DNA from: a virus
Lineage: Duplodnaviria > Caudoviricetes
Length of the DNA stretch: 64,000 nt
IMG/VR virus record: IMGVR_UViG_3300033405_000003
Strand: one strand, 5' to 3'
The notes under the pieces are model-generated. The model made no database searches. It saw only the letters and a program-made list of their open reading frames with translations, and had not been told where the DNA came from. The number at the start of each line of letters is the position of its first letter. Within the stretch, counting starts at the first letter, position 1. Both the position numbers and the translations under genes were made by a program. Of the stretch, positions 18,213-27,419 are shown one piece after another.

Positions 18213-19598
18213 ATGCACAGGTGCCACAACTACCACCGCATCCACCCGCGCCTGCGCGGCGTCCGCCTCGGGGCCCGGGTCGCGAGGACGAGCTTCCCGA
18301 GCGGCACGCTCTCGCCCGCCGAGATCCTGACCGCGTACGGCTTCAAGCAGAACCAATTCGCCGGGATGGCGAAGACGCCGATCAAGCTCGGCGTGGGCAG
18401 CCTGGGCGGCGCGGTGGTGCAGGCCGACATCGACAACAGCGTCGCGGCGTGGGGGATGCTCGCCCCGAAGATCACCGTGCGCACCGTTGGCGGCGCGACG
18501 CAGGACCCGACTGATGCGGACTCCTGCACGGAGAACATGCTCGATCTTCTACCCACGATGGCCTTCACGTGGTGGTGGCTCACCGGCACCGCGGCGGATC
18601 TCACGATCTGCTTCGGGCCGAACGCGTCGAACGGCATGACGCTCGTGACGAACGATCTCGTCGCGGCAGGGTGCAAGGTCGCGAGCTGGTCGTGGGGCTC
18701 GGCCGCGGACCAGTGGGATCCGACGGAGCGCGCGGCGCTCGCCGCGGCGTTCCAAGCCGCAGCGCAAGCGGGCGTCACGTTCTGCGCGGCGGCCGGCGAC
18801 AACTCGATCGATGACGGCACGTCGTCCCCGTCGGCCGACTACCCGTGCTCGGACCCGTGCGTCTGGGCGGTGGGCGGCACGAACCTCCAGATCAACCCGG
18901 ACGGGAGCCGCGCCGGCGAGTCGGCGTGGGGCGACGGCCAGCCCGGCGACGAGGGCGGTGGCGGAGGATACGACCCGACCGTGCCTGTGCCGCCATACCA
19001 GCAGGGCGTGATCCCGGCGAGCGCCCCAGGTCGCGGCGTCCCCGACACCGCGGCCAACGCGGACCCGAATTCGGGGTGGCAGATGTCGGCCAACGGGAGC
19101 TGGACGGTCGTCGGGGGAACGAGCGCGTCCTCGCCGTTCACGGCCGCGCTCATCGCCGTCGCGAAGGCCGTCGGCGGAAACGCCGCGGGCCTCCTCACGC
19201 CCGCCATCTACGCGTCGCGCGCGACCGCGTTGAGCGACATCACGACAGGCTCGAACGGCGACCCGGCGGTTCCGGGGTGGGACCCGGCGACAGGACTCGG
19301 CTCGCCGAACGATGGTGGATTCATCGCGGCGCTCGGGAGCAGCGCCCCGGCGCCACCCACGCCGAACCCGCCGCCACCGAACCCGCCGCCGGCGCCGAAT
19401 CCACCGCCAGCCCCGAACCCGCCGCCAGCCCCGAACCCGCCGCCAGCGGCAAGCGTCCACAAGTACCAGGCGGTCGCATGGGCAGCGGAGGGCATCGCCC
19501 AGAACTGGCGTCCCGGCGCATCGCTCGCGAACGCGCAGAACTGGGCCGGCCAAGGACTCGCGCAGCGCTGGCCGCAAGGAGGCAAGAAGAAACCGTGA
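18213..19598 (+). CDS. S53 sedolisin/kumamolisin-family serine peptidase with Pro-rich linker and small C-terminal repeat domain
   Basis: ENMLD (Glu/Asp), SWSWG, AAAGD, AVGGT, RGVPD, GGTSASSP (catalytic Ser), DITTGSNG...GWDPATGLGSP (Ca site). Confidence 0.9.
   Translation: MHRCHNYHRIHPRLRGVRLGARVARTSFPSGTLSPAEILTAYGFKQNQFAGMAKTPIKLGVGSLGGAVVQADIDNSVAAWGMLAPKITVRTVGGATQDPTDADSCTENMLDLLPTMAFTWWWLTGTAADLTICFGPNASNGMTLVTNDLVAAGCKVASWSWGSAADQWDPTERAALAAAFQAAAQAGVTFCAAAGDNSIDDGTSSPSADYPCSDPCVWAVGGTNLQINPDGSRAGESAWGDGQPGDEGGGGGYDPTVPVPPYQQGVIPASAPGRGVPDTAANADPNSGWQMSANGSWTVVGGTSASSPFTAALIAVAKAVGGNAAGLLTPAIYASRATALSDITTGSNGDPAVPGWDPATGLGSPNDGGFIAALGSSAPAPPTPNPPPPNPPPAPNPPPAPNPPPAPNPPPAASVHKYQAVAWAAEGIAQNWRPGASLANAQNWAGQGLAQRWPQGGKKKP
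19361..19447 (+). repeat. imperfect 18-bp tandem repeat encoding (PNPPPA/P)x4-5
   Basis: ccgaacccgccgccagcc-type units. Confidence 0.8.
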
Positions 19599-19990
19599 CG
19601 CCCTGGCAGAAGTTCAAGGCGTGGCTCACGGCCCACTCCGACTTCATGAACAGCGTCGTCTTCCTCGCGGCGATGGCGCACGTCGGATGGGCGACCATCA
19701 TCGTGCTCGCGCCGCAGTTCGTCCTCGGAACGGATCTCAAGCTCGCGACTTGGACGAGCATCATCCTCACGGCGTTCGCGGCTGCGAAAGAGTTTATCTA
19801 CGACGCCAACATCGAGAGGCCCGTGCAGTCGACGAAGGACAACGTCCAAGATTTCGTCGGGTATCTCGGCGGAATCGCGCTCGCGTGGATCCTGATCGGC
19901 TTCTCGATCCACTTCCACGCGCACGGAGCCGTGACGGTGCCCGGCGTGGCGCGCGACAGCAGCGCGGCGGTGGTGCTCCTCGGGAGGTGA
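19595..19990 (+). CDS. multi-TM membrane protein
   Basis: Three hydrophobic segments; H...KE..YD...D pattern. Confidence 0.7.
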   Translation: MTPWQKFKAWLTAHSDFMNSVVFLAAMAHVGWATIIVLAPQFVLGTDLKLATWTSIILTAFAAAKEFIYDANIERPVQSTKDNVQDFVGYLGGIALAWILIGFSIHFHAHGAVTVPGVARDSSAAVVLLGR

Positions 19991-19992
19991 CG

Positions 19993-20238
19993 ATGCTGAG
20001 AGTGACGATCGAGTACGTCCCGAACGGCGACGAGATGCGCCGGCGCGTCATCCGCGTGATGACCATCACCAACATGACGAACCTCGCCGACAAGTCCGAC
20101 TACGAGGTGCACGTCCTCGGCGAGCGACACTCGCAGAAGAAGGACGGAGTCGTGCGCGGGCACGAGCGGAAGAAGTTCGGCCCCTGGGCGCTCGCCATGC
20201 GCGCGATCAAAGCGCTCAAGCTCGACCTCGAAGGATGA
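19993..20238 (+). CDS. hypothetical phage protein
   Basis: GGAGGT RBS. Confidence 0.7.
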   Translation: MLRVTIEYVPNGDEMRRRVIRVMTITNMTNLADKSDYEVHVLGERHSQKKDGVVRGHERKKFGPWALAMRAIKALKLDLEG

Positions 20239-20837
20239 TGGACGAACAAGACGACACCACCCGCGCGGAGCCGAAGATCGTCGTGATCGACGAGGCGAAC
20301 GGTTACGAGCTTTGCGTGCCCGAGAACGGCAAGCGCCCGCGCGACAGCTTTTGGCGCAGGAAGGCGGACGCGGGGAACGTCGCGGCGCTCGTCACGGCGA
20401 TCAAGGCCGCGCGCCCGGCGCCGGAGCCGCAACCGGATCGCATCGACGTTGCACGCCTCGAGCCCGAGCTGCGCGCGGCGGCCGAGCCCGGGCCGGAGGA
20501 GCCGGAGCCGGAGGAGCCTAAGAAGACCTGCATCGACTGCGGGGACGAGCTTGCGCTCTCCTCCTTCTACCCGAACGCCCTCGCGAAGGACGGACGCCAG
20601 TCGCGGTGCAAGCCGTGCGACAAGAAACGCCGCGCCGAGTACAACCAGGGCCTCCACGTCAAGATGAGTGAGCGGCGCGCCTACGATCTCGAGGTCGCGC
20701 GCAAGCGCGCGCTCGAAGCCCAAGCAGCGGCGCAGGCGAAGCTCGCGGGGGACGAAGAGGCGCCGCCCCACTCGGCGGTCGTCTACACGTACAAAGGCGT
20801 CCGCGGTGGCCCTTTGATTTTCGGTTACGTGAAGTAG
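20235..20837 (+). CDS. Zn-finger protein (finger of the type preceding HNH/EndoVII domains; no nuclease domain seen)
   Basis: KTCIDCG...F......DGRQSRCKPC. Confidence 0.65.
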   Translation: MMDEQDDTTRAEPKIVVIDEANGYELCVPENGKRPRDSFWRRKADAGNVAALVTAIKAARPAPEPQPDRIDVARLEPELRAAAEPGPEEPEPEEPKKTCIDCGDELALSSFYPNALAKDGRQSRCKPCDKKRRAEYNQGLHVKMSERRAYDLEVARKRALEAQAAAQAKLAGDEEAPPHSAVVYTYKGVRGGPLIFGYVK

Positions 20838-20856
20838 ACTGGAGCTGGAGCAGACG

Positions 20857-21141
20857 ATGGGCTTCGAGGAGACGCGCGAGGATTTCTGGGGTGGCCGCGG
20901 AGACTCCTCCCACTCGCGGGAGAACTTCCTGAAGACGGCCGTCAAATGCGGCGCCGTGCAGACCGGGTACTGGAACGGGCACGAGTCCCCCTACTACGGC
21001 GCCCACTCGCACGCCGAGTCGCTCGCGGCGGACGGCCTGCTCAAGCGCTGGGAGGGGCCGTACCGCGTCCGCCAGATCCTCGAAGAGGAATCGATCTGGA
21101 TCCCGACCGAGGCCGGCAAAAAGATGGCGGAGGGCTCGTGA
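20857..21141 (+). CDS. hypothetical protein
   Basis: GGAG RBS. Confidence 0.6.
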   Translation: MGFEETREDFWGGRGDSSHSRENFLKTAVKCGAVQTGYWNGHESPYYGAHSHAESLAADGLLKRWEGPYRVRQILEEESIWIPTEAGKKMAEGS

Positions 21142-21428
21142 CGACCACGTCGCCCGCGATGGCCCCCGTGCAGGCGTACGCAAAAGCGCTCAGCCTCCGC
21201 GGCAAATGCGAGCACGCCTTCGACGAAGACCCGAACACCGAGGTGGGCAAGGTCATCGGGACGCCGGACGAGAGCTTCTTCTTCGTCTACGTGATGACCG
21301 GCGACGCGGGGTTCAGGAGCCGCAAGATCGCGCGCACAAACATAGTCATCGCCTCGGCGCGGGGCGTTGAGATCCACGGGCCCGACGAGGAGGCCATCGC
21401 GATGATCCTCGGAGGCGGCGCGCGATGA
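21138..21428 (+). CDS. hypothetical protein
   Basis: GTGA coupling. Confidence 0.6.
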   Translation: MTTTSPAMAPVQAYAKALSLRGKCEHAFDEDPNTEVGKVIGTPDESFFFVYVMTGDAGFRSRKIARTNIVIASARGVEIHGPDEEAIAMILGGGAR

Positions 21429-21727
21429 CCACCATGATCAAGTACCCCCACATCGAGCTTCGCGTCTCGGTGCACGGCATGGGCGAGGAATTCTTCGTCG
21501 CCGGCACGAACGTCCCGGTGCGCCGCATCTACGACTGGTTCCGGCGCGGCGTGCCCGCCGAGACGCTCATGAAGCGCTACCCGCAGCTCGGTCCTGCGAA
21601 GGTGCTCTCGGCGCTCGCGTTCGCGCACGACCACAAGGACGTTGTCGAGAAGGACATCGAGCGGGCAGAGCAGGCCGCGAGGGCGGAGACGATCCCGCCG
21701 CCATCGTCCAGCGCGGCGCGCCCATGA
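21425..21727 (+). CDS. DUF433-family (VapB45-like antitoxin) protein
   Basis: VAGTNVPVRRI...G...ETL..RYPQL....V..ALAFA. Confidence 0.8.
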   Translation: MTTMIKYPHIELRVSVHGMGEEFFVAGTNVPVRRIYDWFRRGVPAETLMKRYPQLGPAKVLSALAFAHDHKDVVEKDIERAEQAARAETIPPPSSSAARP

Positions 21728-21978
21728 AGAAGGCGAGAGTGCTCATCCTCGGCCCGCTCGCCGGCACCTACCGCGGCGGCCAAGAGGGTCGCATGATGCG
21801 GACGCACGCGATCTACGAGGACGCCCCCAAAGCGTTCTGCGGCTACAAGGGCGAGGGGCTCGTCGACGAGTTCGGGGCGAACCCCGAGGACGTCGTGCCG
21901 ACGTGCCCGCGCTGCCGCGAGGTGTTCGGCAAGAGGCTCGCGCGCGGCATCATCGAACCCGTGGAGGCAAAGTCATGA
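21724..21978 (+). CDS. Zn-binding hypothetical protein
   Basis: THA...FCG...TCPRC. Confidence 0.6.
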   Translation: MKKARVLILGPLAGTYRGGQEGRMMRTHAIYEDAPKAFCGYKGEGLVDEFGANPEDVVPTCPRCREVFGKRLARGIIEPVEAKS

Positions 21979-22274
21979 GCACACTCGACGCGCGGCTCAC
22001 CGCGGCGATGCACGACGCGATGGAGGAGCTTTCGAAGAAATCGCTCCTGCAGATACAGACCGAGACCGCGATCACGTGGACCGGTCGCGCGATCGCCGCC
22101 TACAACATCTACATGCACACGCAGAGCCTCGCGGACCTCACGGCGGCCGAGGAGTTCGCCCACGAGGGGCTCGAACACGCAGCCCTCGCCGGGCCGCACG
22201 TCTACATGAAGATGCTCGAATGCCTCCACCAGGCGAAAGTCGCGGTCTCAGCGGTGCCGCCGACGAGCGTTTGA
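21975..22274 (+). CDS. hypothetical protein
   Basis: GGAGG RBS; HEGLEHA. Confidence 0.65.
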   Translation: MSTLDARLTAAMHDAMEELSKKSLLQIQTETAITWTGRAIAAYNIYMHTQSLADLTAAEEFAHEGLEHAALAGPHVYMKMLECLHQAKVAVSAVPPTSV

Positions 22275-22364
22275 CATGGGGACCTACACTGCGATCGTCG
22301 ACACGTGCATCTTCGTCCTGCTCCTCTGCTGGGCGTGGATGGACAGGAACAACAAGTACTTCAA

Positions 22365-22565
22365 GTGAGCCCTCCCGAGGTCCTTCCGCCGCCGCCCGGC
22401 ACGTTCACGATCGAGCTTCGCTTCACGCCGGACGACGATCCCGAGATCACGTGCATCGTGTGCGGCCGGGACAAGTGCGACCTCTCGGCGACCGTGCGCG
22501 ACCGGAGGGGCTGCCGCGTGACGATGGGCAAGCACACGGGGTGCACGTGGGTGATGGTGAAGTGA
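22365..22565 (+). CDS. Cys-rich small protein
   Basis: GTG start; CIVC...HTGC. Confidence 0.5.
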   Translation: MSPPEVLPPPPGTFTIELRFTPDDDPEITCIVCGRDKCDLSATVRDRRGCRVTMGKHTGCTWVMVK

Positions 22566-23029
22566 AAGCGCGCACGGACTTCGAGAAGATGATGCTGCCG
22601 ATCCTCGAAGCCTCGGAGGACGAGGAGGCCTCGCACCTCGTGCTCGACTCCTGGGACCACCGCCAGCTCGAGGACGCGGTCCTCGACGCCATCGAGTCGC
22701 TCCCGGCGCGAAAGACCGTGCGACTGCGCCTATGGGTGGGCAGGTTCGACGACTACTTGAGGTGGCTCCAGCTCGAGAAGCGGGGCTTTCGGGTCGAGAA
22801 GCTCTGGTCGAGCGAGCTGCCCACCAAGCACGACCAGTTCATCCTCTGGATCCCGTCGAGGGGGATGGAGACATACCTTGAATTCGGCGAGAGCGACGGC
22901 GTCGGCCCGCTCGTGGGTGCCGCCGTGGGAGCCCTCGCCGTTCACTGGCATTGGAGGGGGGAAGACGTCGAGAACTCGCCGCGAGGGGAACGCGGCGTGA
23001 GGTTCTTAGTCGACCGCGGCGCGTTCTGA
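22562..23029 (+). CDS. hypothetical protein, paralog family B (DAVLDAIESLP domain)
   Basis: Shares a domain with 46089-46505 and 62262-62996. Confidence 0.65.
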   Translation: MKARTDFEKMMLPILEASEDEEASHLVLDSWDHRQLEDAVLDAIESLPARKTVRLRLWVGRFDDYLRWLQLEKRGFRVEKLWSSELPTKHDQFILWIPSRGMETYLEFGESDGVGPLVGAAVGALAVHWHWRGEDVENSPRGERGVRFLVDRGAF

Positions 23030-23081
23030 CAGTTCTTTTCGCGTTTTGGGTCGACTTCCGGGTGCGTGGTAATCTCAGGGC

Positions 23082-23294
23082 ATGGGAATCTTCGGCGCAC
23101 TCTCAATCGTCGTGTTCGTGCTCGGCCTCGCAATCTACCTCTTCTGCAGCGGGGGAATCACGAAGGCGACCATGGCGCAAGTCGGGCGCACCATGTTCTT
23201 CTGCGGCCTGCTCTCGTGGCTCATGAGCGCGGGCGCGCAGAGCTGCACGATGGGCGTCGCGAACGGCGGCGGCGGTTCAGCCCAGCACCACTGA
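23082..23294 (+). CDS. small two-TM membrane protein
   Basis: Two hydrophobic helices; TGG-TAATCT 6 nt upstream. Confidence 0.65.
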   Translation: MGIFGALSIVVFVLGLAIYLFCSGGITKATMAQVGRTMFFCGLLSWLMSAGAQSCTMGVANGGGGSAQHH

Positions 23295-23313
23295 GCGGAG
23301 GACCGAGCCCGAG

Positions 23314-24336
23314 ATGGCGAACCCGCACTTCTTCGGCACGCCGCTATCGGACGGCGCTTTCGACGACATCATCGACGACCTCCGTCGCGCGGGCCTCACG
23401 TGCACCGCGGAGAGGCCGAGCTTCGTCCACTGCTCGGGGCGCGGCGCCAAGTTCACGATCGTGCACGACGTCGAGGGCGGGATCCGCGCGTACCTCGTGG
23501 ACGCCGGCGGGCTCGGGGAGGGCGCCTGGGCCCTCGTCGATCCCGTCCTGATGCGGACATTCCGGACCGGGTTCGCGGACGAAGACTGGGACCTCGGCCT
23601 CGACATCTGCAGCATGCAGCCGTGCCCCTACACGGACGTCGACGGCAAACCGACGATGTACGCGTCGGGAAGGCCCGCAGGTCACGTCGGCGGCGACGAG
23701 TCGATCGACACGACCGGCAAGTTTTTGAACGCCGACGGATCAAGCTCGTGGCCCGGTGCTTCGGGTCTGCTCGATGACGGATGGACTGGTCCCTCGCTGC
23801 CGGGTGGTTACCCGCAGCGCGACGCGATGGAGAGGTTGCACGGCAAGCCGCACGCGGAGGTCATGGCCGACCATGCCCGGAAGACGGAGGCGCTGCGCGC
23901 GCAGCGCGGGGCGAAGGTCGGCGCCGAGTGCGTCGGCGCGTTCTTCTACGACGCGGACCTCGCGAAGTTCGGGAACGCCTTCAGCCCGTTCGTGCAGACC
24001 AACTCCCCCGCGTGGGCGAACCTCGCGCTCCAGCGGCCGTTCCAGGACCGGTACAGCCCCCGCTACGACAACCAGACGTGGGCGGACTGGATGGGCATGA
24101 GCGACGAGTGGGTCGGCGCCTCAGGCCCGCAGATCATGGGCGACGCGCGCGAGGTCGGAGGGGCGGTGGACACGCGGGCGCTCCTCGCGTCCGCCGCGAT
24201 CGTCGGCGTGGCCGCGCTCTTCGCCACGCGCAACAAGGAGCACTGGCTCGAGATCTCGGCGGCCGGCGCCGCAGGCGTGGCGCTCGTGTGGGGACTGTCG
24301 GCGTCGCGATCGGGGCGCCTCGGCCCGCCGCGATGA
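23314..24336 (+). CDS. hypothetical protein with C-terminal TM hairpin (possible virion membrane protein)
   Basis: Two Ala/Gly-rich TM helices at the C-terminus; recurring VG motifs. Confidence 0.65.
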   Translation: MANPHFFGTPLSDGAFDDIIDDLRRAGLTCTAERPSFVHCSGRGAKFTIVHDVEGGIRAYLVDAGGLGEGAWALVDPVLMRTFRTGFADEDWDLGLDICSMQPCPYTDVDGKPTMYASGRPAGHVGGDESIDTTGKFLNADGSSSWPGASGLLDDGWTGPSLPGGYPQRDAMERLHGKPHAEVMADHARKTEALRAQRGAKVGAECVGAFFYDADLAKFGNAFSPFVQTNSPAWANLALQRPFQDRYSPRYDNQTWADWMGMSDEWVGASGPQIMGDAREVGGAVDTRALLASAAIVGVAALFATRNKEHWLEISAAGAAGVALVWGLSASRSGRLGPPR

Positions 24337-24351
24337 GGTAAGCTCCACACC

Positions 24352-24579
24352 ATGGCGAGAAGCAGGAAGACCCACCACGAGCCCGCCGCGGAGCTTCGGT
24401 GGCGGAGCAGGCAGCGGCCCGGCGCGATCATGAGGCCGGCCACGTTCGAGCGCATCGTCCGCAAGACGATGGCGCGGTACGGCATCGGCCGCGCGCGGGC
24501 GGAGAAGATCGCCGGTCGGGCGTACTGGACGACGGTCAAGGCCCGCTATCGGCACGCGACGCACGCCCGCACGCGGTGA
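24352..24579 (+). CDS. small Arg-rich basic protein ending HARTR
   Basis: TAAGCT 7 nt upstream; composition. Confidence 0.65.
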   Translation: MARSRKTHHEPAAELRWRSRQRPGAIMRPATFERIVRKTMARYGIGRARAEKIAGRAYWTTVKARYRHATHARTR

Positions 24580-24586
24580 CCGCGAC

Positions 24587-24937
24587 ATGCCGATCGGACT
24601 GTCCAAGGCCGAGCGCCTGGCCATGAAGCTCCGCAGCCGGTGCCTGCGCGAGCTGAACACGAGGAAGGGCTCGGGCGCGGGCGCCACCTACTTCAAGGTC
24701 GACGCGGTGGACAGGAGCAACCTGATCCAGGACGCCTGGGAATTCGTCGTCGAGGAGAGGCAGATCTCGAGGACCGGTTACAGCTCGAAGGCGATCTGGA
24801 GGGGGCACATCATCGTGAACCAGGACCTCGACGTCCTCTTCGACACGTACGGCTGGTCGGAGGCGAAAGAGGGCAGGAACGCGGTGCCGCCCGACCTCCG
24901 CGAGGTCCTCTCGTGCGCGCTCCGGGGGCCGGGTTGA
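24587..24937 (+). CDS. hypothetical protein, paralog family A (two-Cys domain)
   Basis: LAMKLRSRC...IIVNQDLDVLFD...EVLSC. Confidence 0.7.
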   Translation: MPIGLSKAERLAMKLRSRCLRELNTRKGSGAGATYFKVDAVDRSNLIQDAWEFVVEERQISRTGYSSKAIWRGHIIVNQDLDVLFDTYGWSEAKEGRNAVPPDLREVLSCALRGPG

Positions 24938-24945
24938 ACCGCGCC

Positions 24946-25272
24946 ATGCTCGTGCCCGACCGGAGCGGCGAGCCGCACGACCCGCTCGAGGTCGCGGACG
25001 AACTCGACCACCTGGGCGACCGGTCGCAGGCGGACAAGGGCGAGGCGCTCCACGACGCGGCCGACGTCATGCGCGGGCTCTACGTGCGGGCGCTCCTCGC
25101 GTCGGCGGACTCGCCGTGGCCGCTCCCCGACGTGCTCAAGAAGCTCGCCGACGCCGCAGACCACTTGCTTAACGACCACGCGTGCGACGCGCACGGCCAC
25201 GAGGGGCTCATGCAGGCGCGCGACGCGGCGCGATCGATCCTCGAGAAGATCGCGAAGGCGAACGCCCGATGA
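24946..25272 (+). CDS. hypothetical phage protein
   Basis: PWPLPDVL..LADAADHLL.DH.CD.HG.E. Confidence 0.65.
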   Translation: MLVPDRSGEPHDPLEVADELDHLGDRSQADKGEALHDAADVMRGLYVRALLASADSPWPLPDVLKKLADAADHLLNDHACDAHGHEGLMQARDAARSILEKIAKANAR

Positions 25273-25499
25273 AGATCGAATGCCGCGACCACGAGCGGGT
25301 CGAGTGGGAGGGCCACGTGGTCTGCTCGGAGTGCGAGCGCGTCTACCAGACGAAGGACGACGCGCTTCCGCACTTCGCGCCGATGGTGTGCGCGTGCGGC
25401 GCGAAGCTGATGCCCGACAAGGACAACGGGAGGAAGAAATTCTCGGCGCGCTCGTGCTGCCCCGAGTGCTTCGAGGAGCGGATCCAGAAGCTCCATTGA
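25269..25499 (+). CDS. Cys-rich Zn-finger protein
   Basis: CSEC, CACG, CCPEC. Confidence 0.6.
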   Translation: MKIECRDHERVEWEGHVVCSECERVYQTKDDALPHFAPMVCACGAKLMPDKDNGRKKFSARSCCPECFEERIQKLH

Positions 25500-25557
25500 G
25501 CTTGATGACGGCGACTTGACGGCAGCACGCGGGAGCGTTAGTTGTATAGCCAAGGCT

Positions 25558-25755
25558 ATGCAGAACGGCAACCGCGCCATGACGAGGCAGTTCAACTTCC
25601 GGTTCTCGGACGAGGCGTTCGAGCAGCTCGAGACGCTGTCGGCGGTCATGGGGATCAAGATGGCCGACGTCGTCCGCACGCTCGTCGCGCGCGCGTACAG
25701 GCAGCTCGACCAGGACGCGATCCGCGCGGTCAGGAGACGACGGGAGAAGACATGA
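25558..25755 (+). CDS. ribbon-helix-helix regulator
   Basis: QFNFRFS...LETLSAVMGIKMADVVRTLV; TTGACG at 25516; the start may be 25579. Confidence 0.7.
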   Translation: MQNGNRAMTRQFNFRFSDEAFEQLETLSAVMGIKMADVVRTLVARAYRQLDQDAIRAVRRRREKT

Positions 25756-25994
25756 AGATCGGAGACCTGAAGAAGCTCATCGCCGCCGTCCCCGACGACG
25801 TTGAGGTCGTCCTGACGGGCCGCGACCACCACTACAGCCGCGTCGGGCGCGGCTCGAAGGTGGTGAAGGCTGAGGACCACGGGGGTGGCGCGCGCGAGCG
25901 CCAGGACCTCGCGATGTACTACGGCGAGGAGCACCGCGGCTCGAGGACGTCGAGGATCGTCGTCGTCTTCTGGATCGACGACGGGAGGTACTGA
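25752..25994 (+). CDS. hypothetical phage protein
   Basis: MKIGDLKKLIAAVPDDVEV. Confidence 0.65.
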   Translation: MKIGDLKKLIAAVPDDVEVVLTGRDHHYSRVGRGSKVVKAEDHGGGARERQDLAMYYGEEHRGSRTSRIVVVFWIDDGRY

Positions 25995-25995
25995 G

Positions 25996-26211
25996 ATGGA
26001 GCCGCGCGACATGGACTTCCTGGACGGCGTGTGCGACCTCGGCGAGCGCCTCCTCGGCGACGAGCCCGACCGCCTCCGGGTCGCGGCGCTCCTCGTGCTC
26101 GCCGCGCGCAAGGTCCTCACGGACGGCGCCGAGGTGGACGAGGAAGCCTTCGACGACGCGGTGGACGCGGCGATCGCGCTCGACTCCGCCAGGCGAGAGG
26201 ACCTCAACTGA
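25996..26211 (+). CDS. acidic hypothetical protein
   Basis: GGAGG RBS. Confidence 0.6.
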   Translation: MEPRDMDFLDGVCDLGERLLGDEPDRLRVAALLVLAARKVLTDGAEVDEEAFDDAVDAAIALDSARREDLN

Positions 26212-26780
26212 TGAAGGACGTCTATTTCAAGCTCGGCGACGCCATCCAGGAGGTGCAGAAGACGTGGTCCACCGCGGAGACCATCGCGGGGCTGCTCCAC
26301 GACGCGCAGCGGATCGTCCTCGACTCCGAAGACGCCATCAAGAGGGCGCAGGCCGGCAGCCCCGTTCCGAAGGTCCTCCGGCTCGCCGAGATCATCGAGA
26401 AGCTGAACGTCTCCCCGAAGGGGCTCGAGCTGCCCGTCCTACTCGACTTCCCCGCGATGGAGGACAGTGGCGGCGAGATCCCCTGGGTGCACCCGACGTC
26501 GAGCATGGACTCATACCGCGGCTACTACGAGGACCTCGCCATCGGCTGGGCGGTCTCGAAGGACTACAAGGACGCCGCGCCGAAGGCTGGGGCGCTCCGC
26601 GAGGCGCTCCGCTCCGCCGTCGGCTCGACCTACGGCGGATGGAAGGGCGGCGAGTTCACGATGCGCGAGGACTCGCGCGTCTGGATCGCGAACTCGGGCT
26701 ACTCGACCGGCCTCCAGATCATCGAGGTCCTCGAGCGGTCGTACGCGATCTTCCTCCGGACCTGGAGAGAGAACCTATGA
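26211..26780 (+). CDS. conserved phage protein
   Basis: SYRGYYEDLA...GWKGGEFTM...VWIAN. Confidence 0.7.
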   Translation: MKDVYFKLGDAIQEVQKTWSTAETIAGLLHDAQRIVLDSEDAIKRAQAGSPVPKVLRLAEIIEKLNVSPKGLELPVLLDFPAMEDSGGEIPWVHPTSSMDSYRGYYEDLAIGWAVSKDYKDAAPKAGALREALRSAVGSTYGGWKGGEFTMREDSRVWIANSGYSTGLQIIEVLERSYAIFLRTWRENL

Positions 26781-27001
26781 CGGCCGAAAGAAGGGCGATG
26801 ACCGTCGCCGAGCTGATCGAGAAGCTCAAGGTGCTGCCACCCGACCTGCCGGTTTACTCCCTCGCGGATTCATGCGGCTGCATCGGCTACGACGTCATCG
26901 AGGTCGCCCAAGAAGAGGACATGCCTACCGGCTACGGCCCGGACGGCAACACCAAGCTGTACAAGCGCATCGTCGCGCTCCAATCGGGGGACCGTGAGTA
27001 A
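26777..27001 (+). CDS. hypothetical phage protein
   Basis: MTVAELIEKLKVLPPDLPV. Confidence 0.65.
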   Translation: MTAERRAMTVAELIEKLKVLPPDLPVYSLADSCGCIGYDVIEVAQEEDMPTGYGPDGNTKLYKRIVALQSGDRE

Positions 27002-27206
27002 GATCAAAACGACGACGAACGTCTACGTGACGGAGACGGAGCTATGGCCGGACTACTTCGTCCGGGAAGCCACGGACGCCGACGACCACAACGTCATCAA
27101 GATGGACACGGAACTCTTCGAGCGTTACCGCGCCGCGCACTCAGCCTTCCACGAGCTGCGCGACGAAGTCCGGACGGCGATCTTCAAATCGGGAGTCAGG
27201 CTCTGA
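26994..27206 (+). CDS. hypothetical protein
   Basis: Overlapping ORF. Confidence 0.6.
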   Translation: MSKIKTTTNVYVTETELWPDYFVREATDADDHNVIKMDTELFERYRAAHSAFHELRDEVRTAIFKSGVRL

Positions 27207-27412
27207 TGCCCAGGAACAAGCAGCCGTTCTACCACCGCATGGAGGTGCTCTTCACCGCGACCGAGGATCTCTCGGAGGAGATGAACACCAAGAAGTTCAA
27301 GCGGGCGCTCGCGCAGTTCTTCAGGAGTACGCTCGGCAAGTCGCTGAGGGGCAGCGTGGAGTACGACGCGCCGGTCTCCGCAGAGCCCGGGGACCCGCAC
27401 GACCTCATGTAG
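27206..27412 (+). CDS. hypothetical protein
   Basis: TGATG coupling. Confidence 0.6.
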   Translation: MPRNKQPFYHRMEVLFTATEDLSEEMNTKKFKRALAQFFRSTLGKSLRGSVEYDAPVSAEPGDPHDLM

Positions 27413-27419
27413 GAGACGG

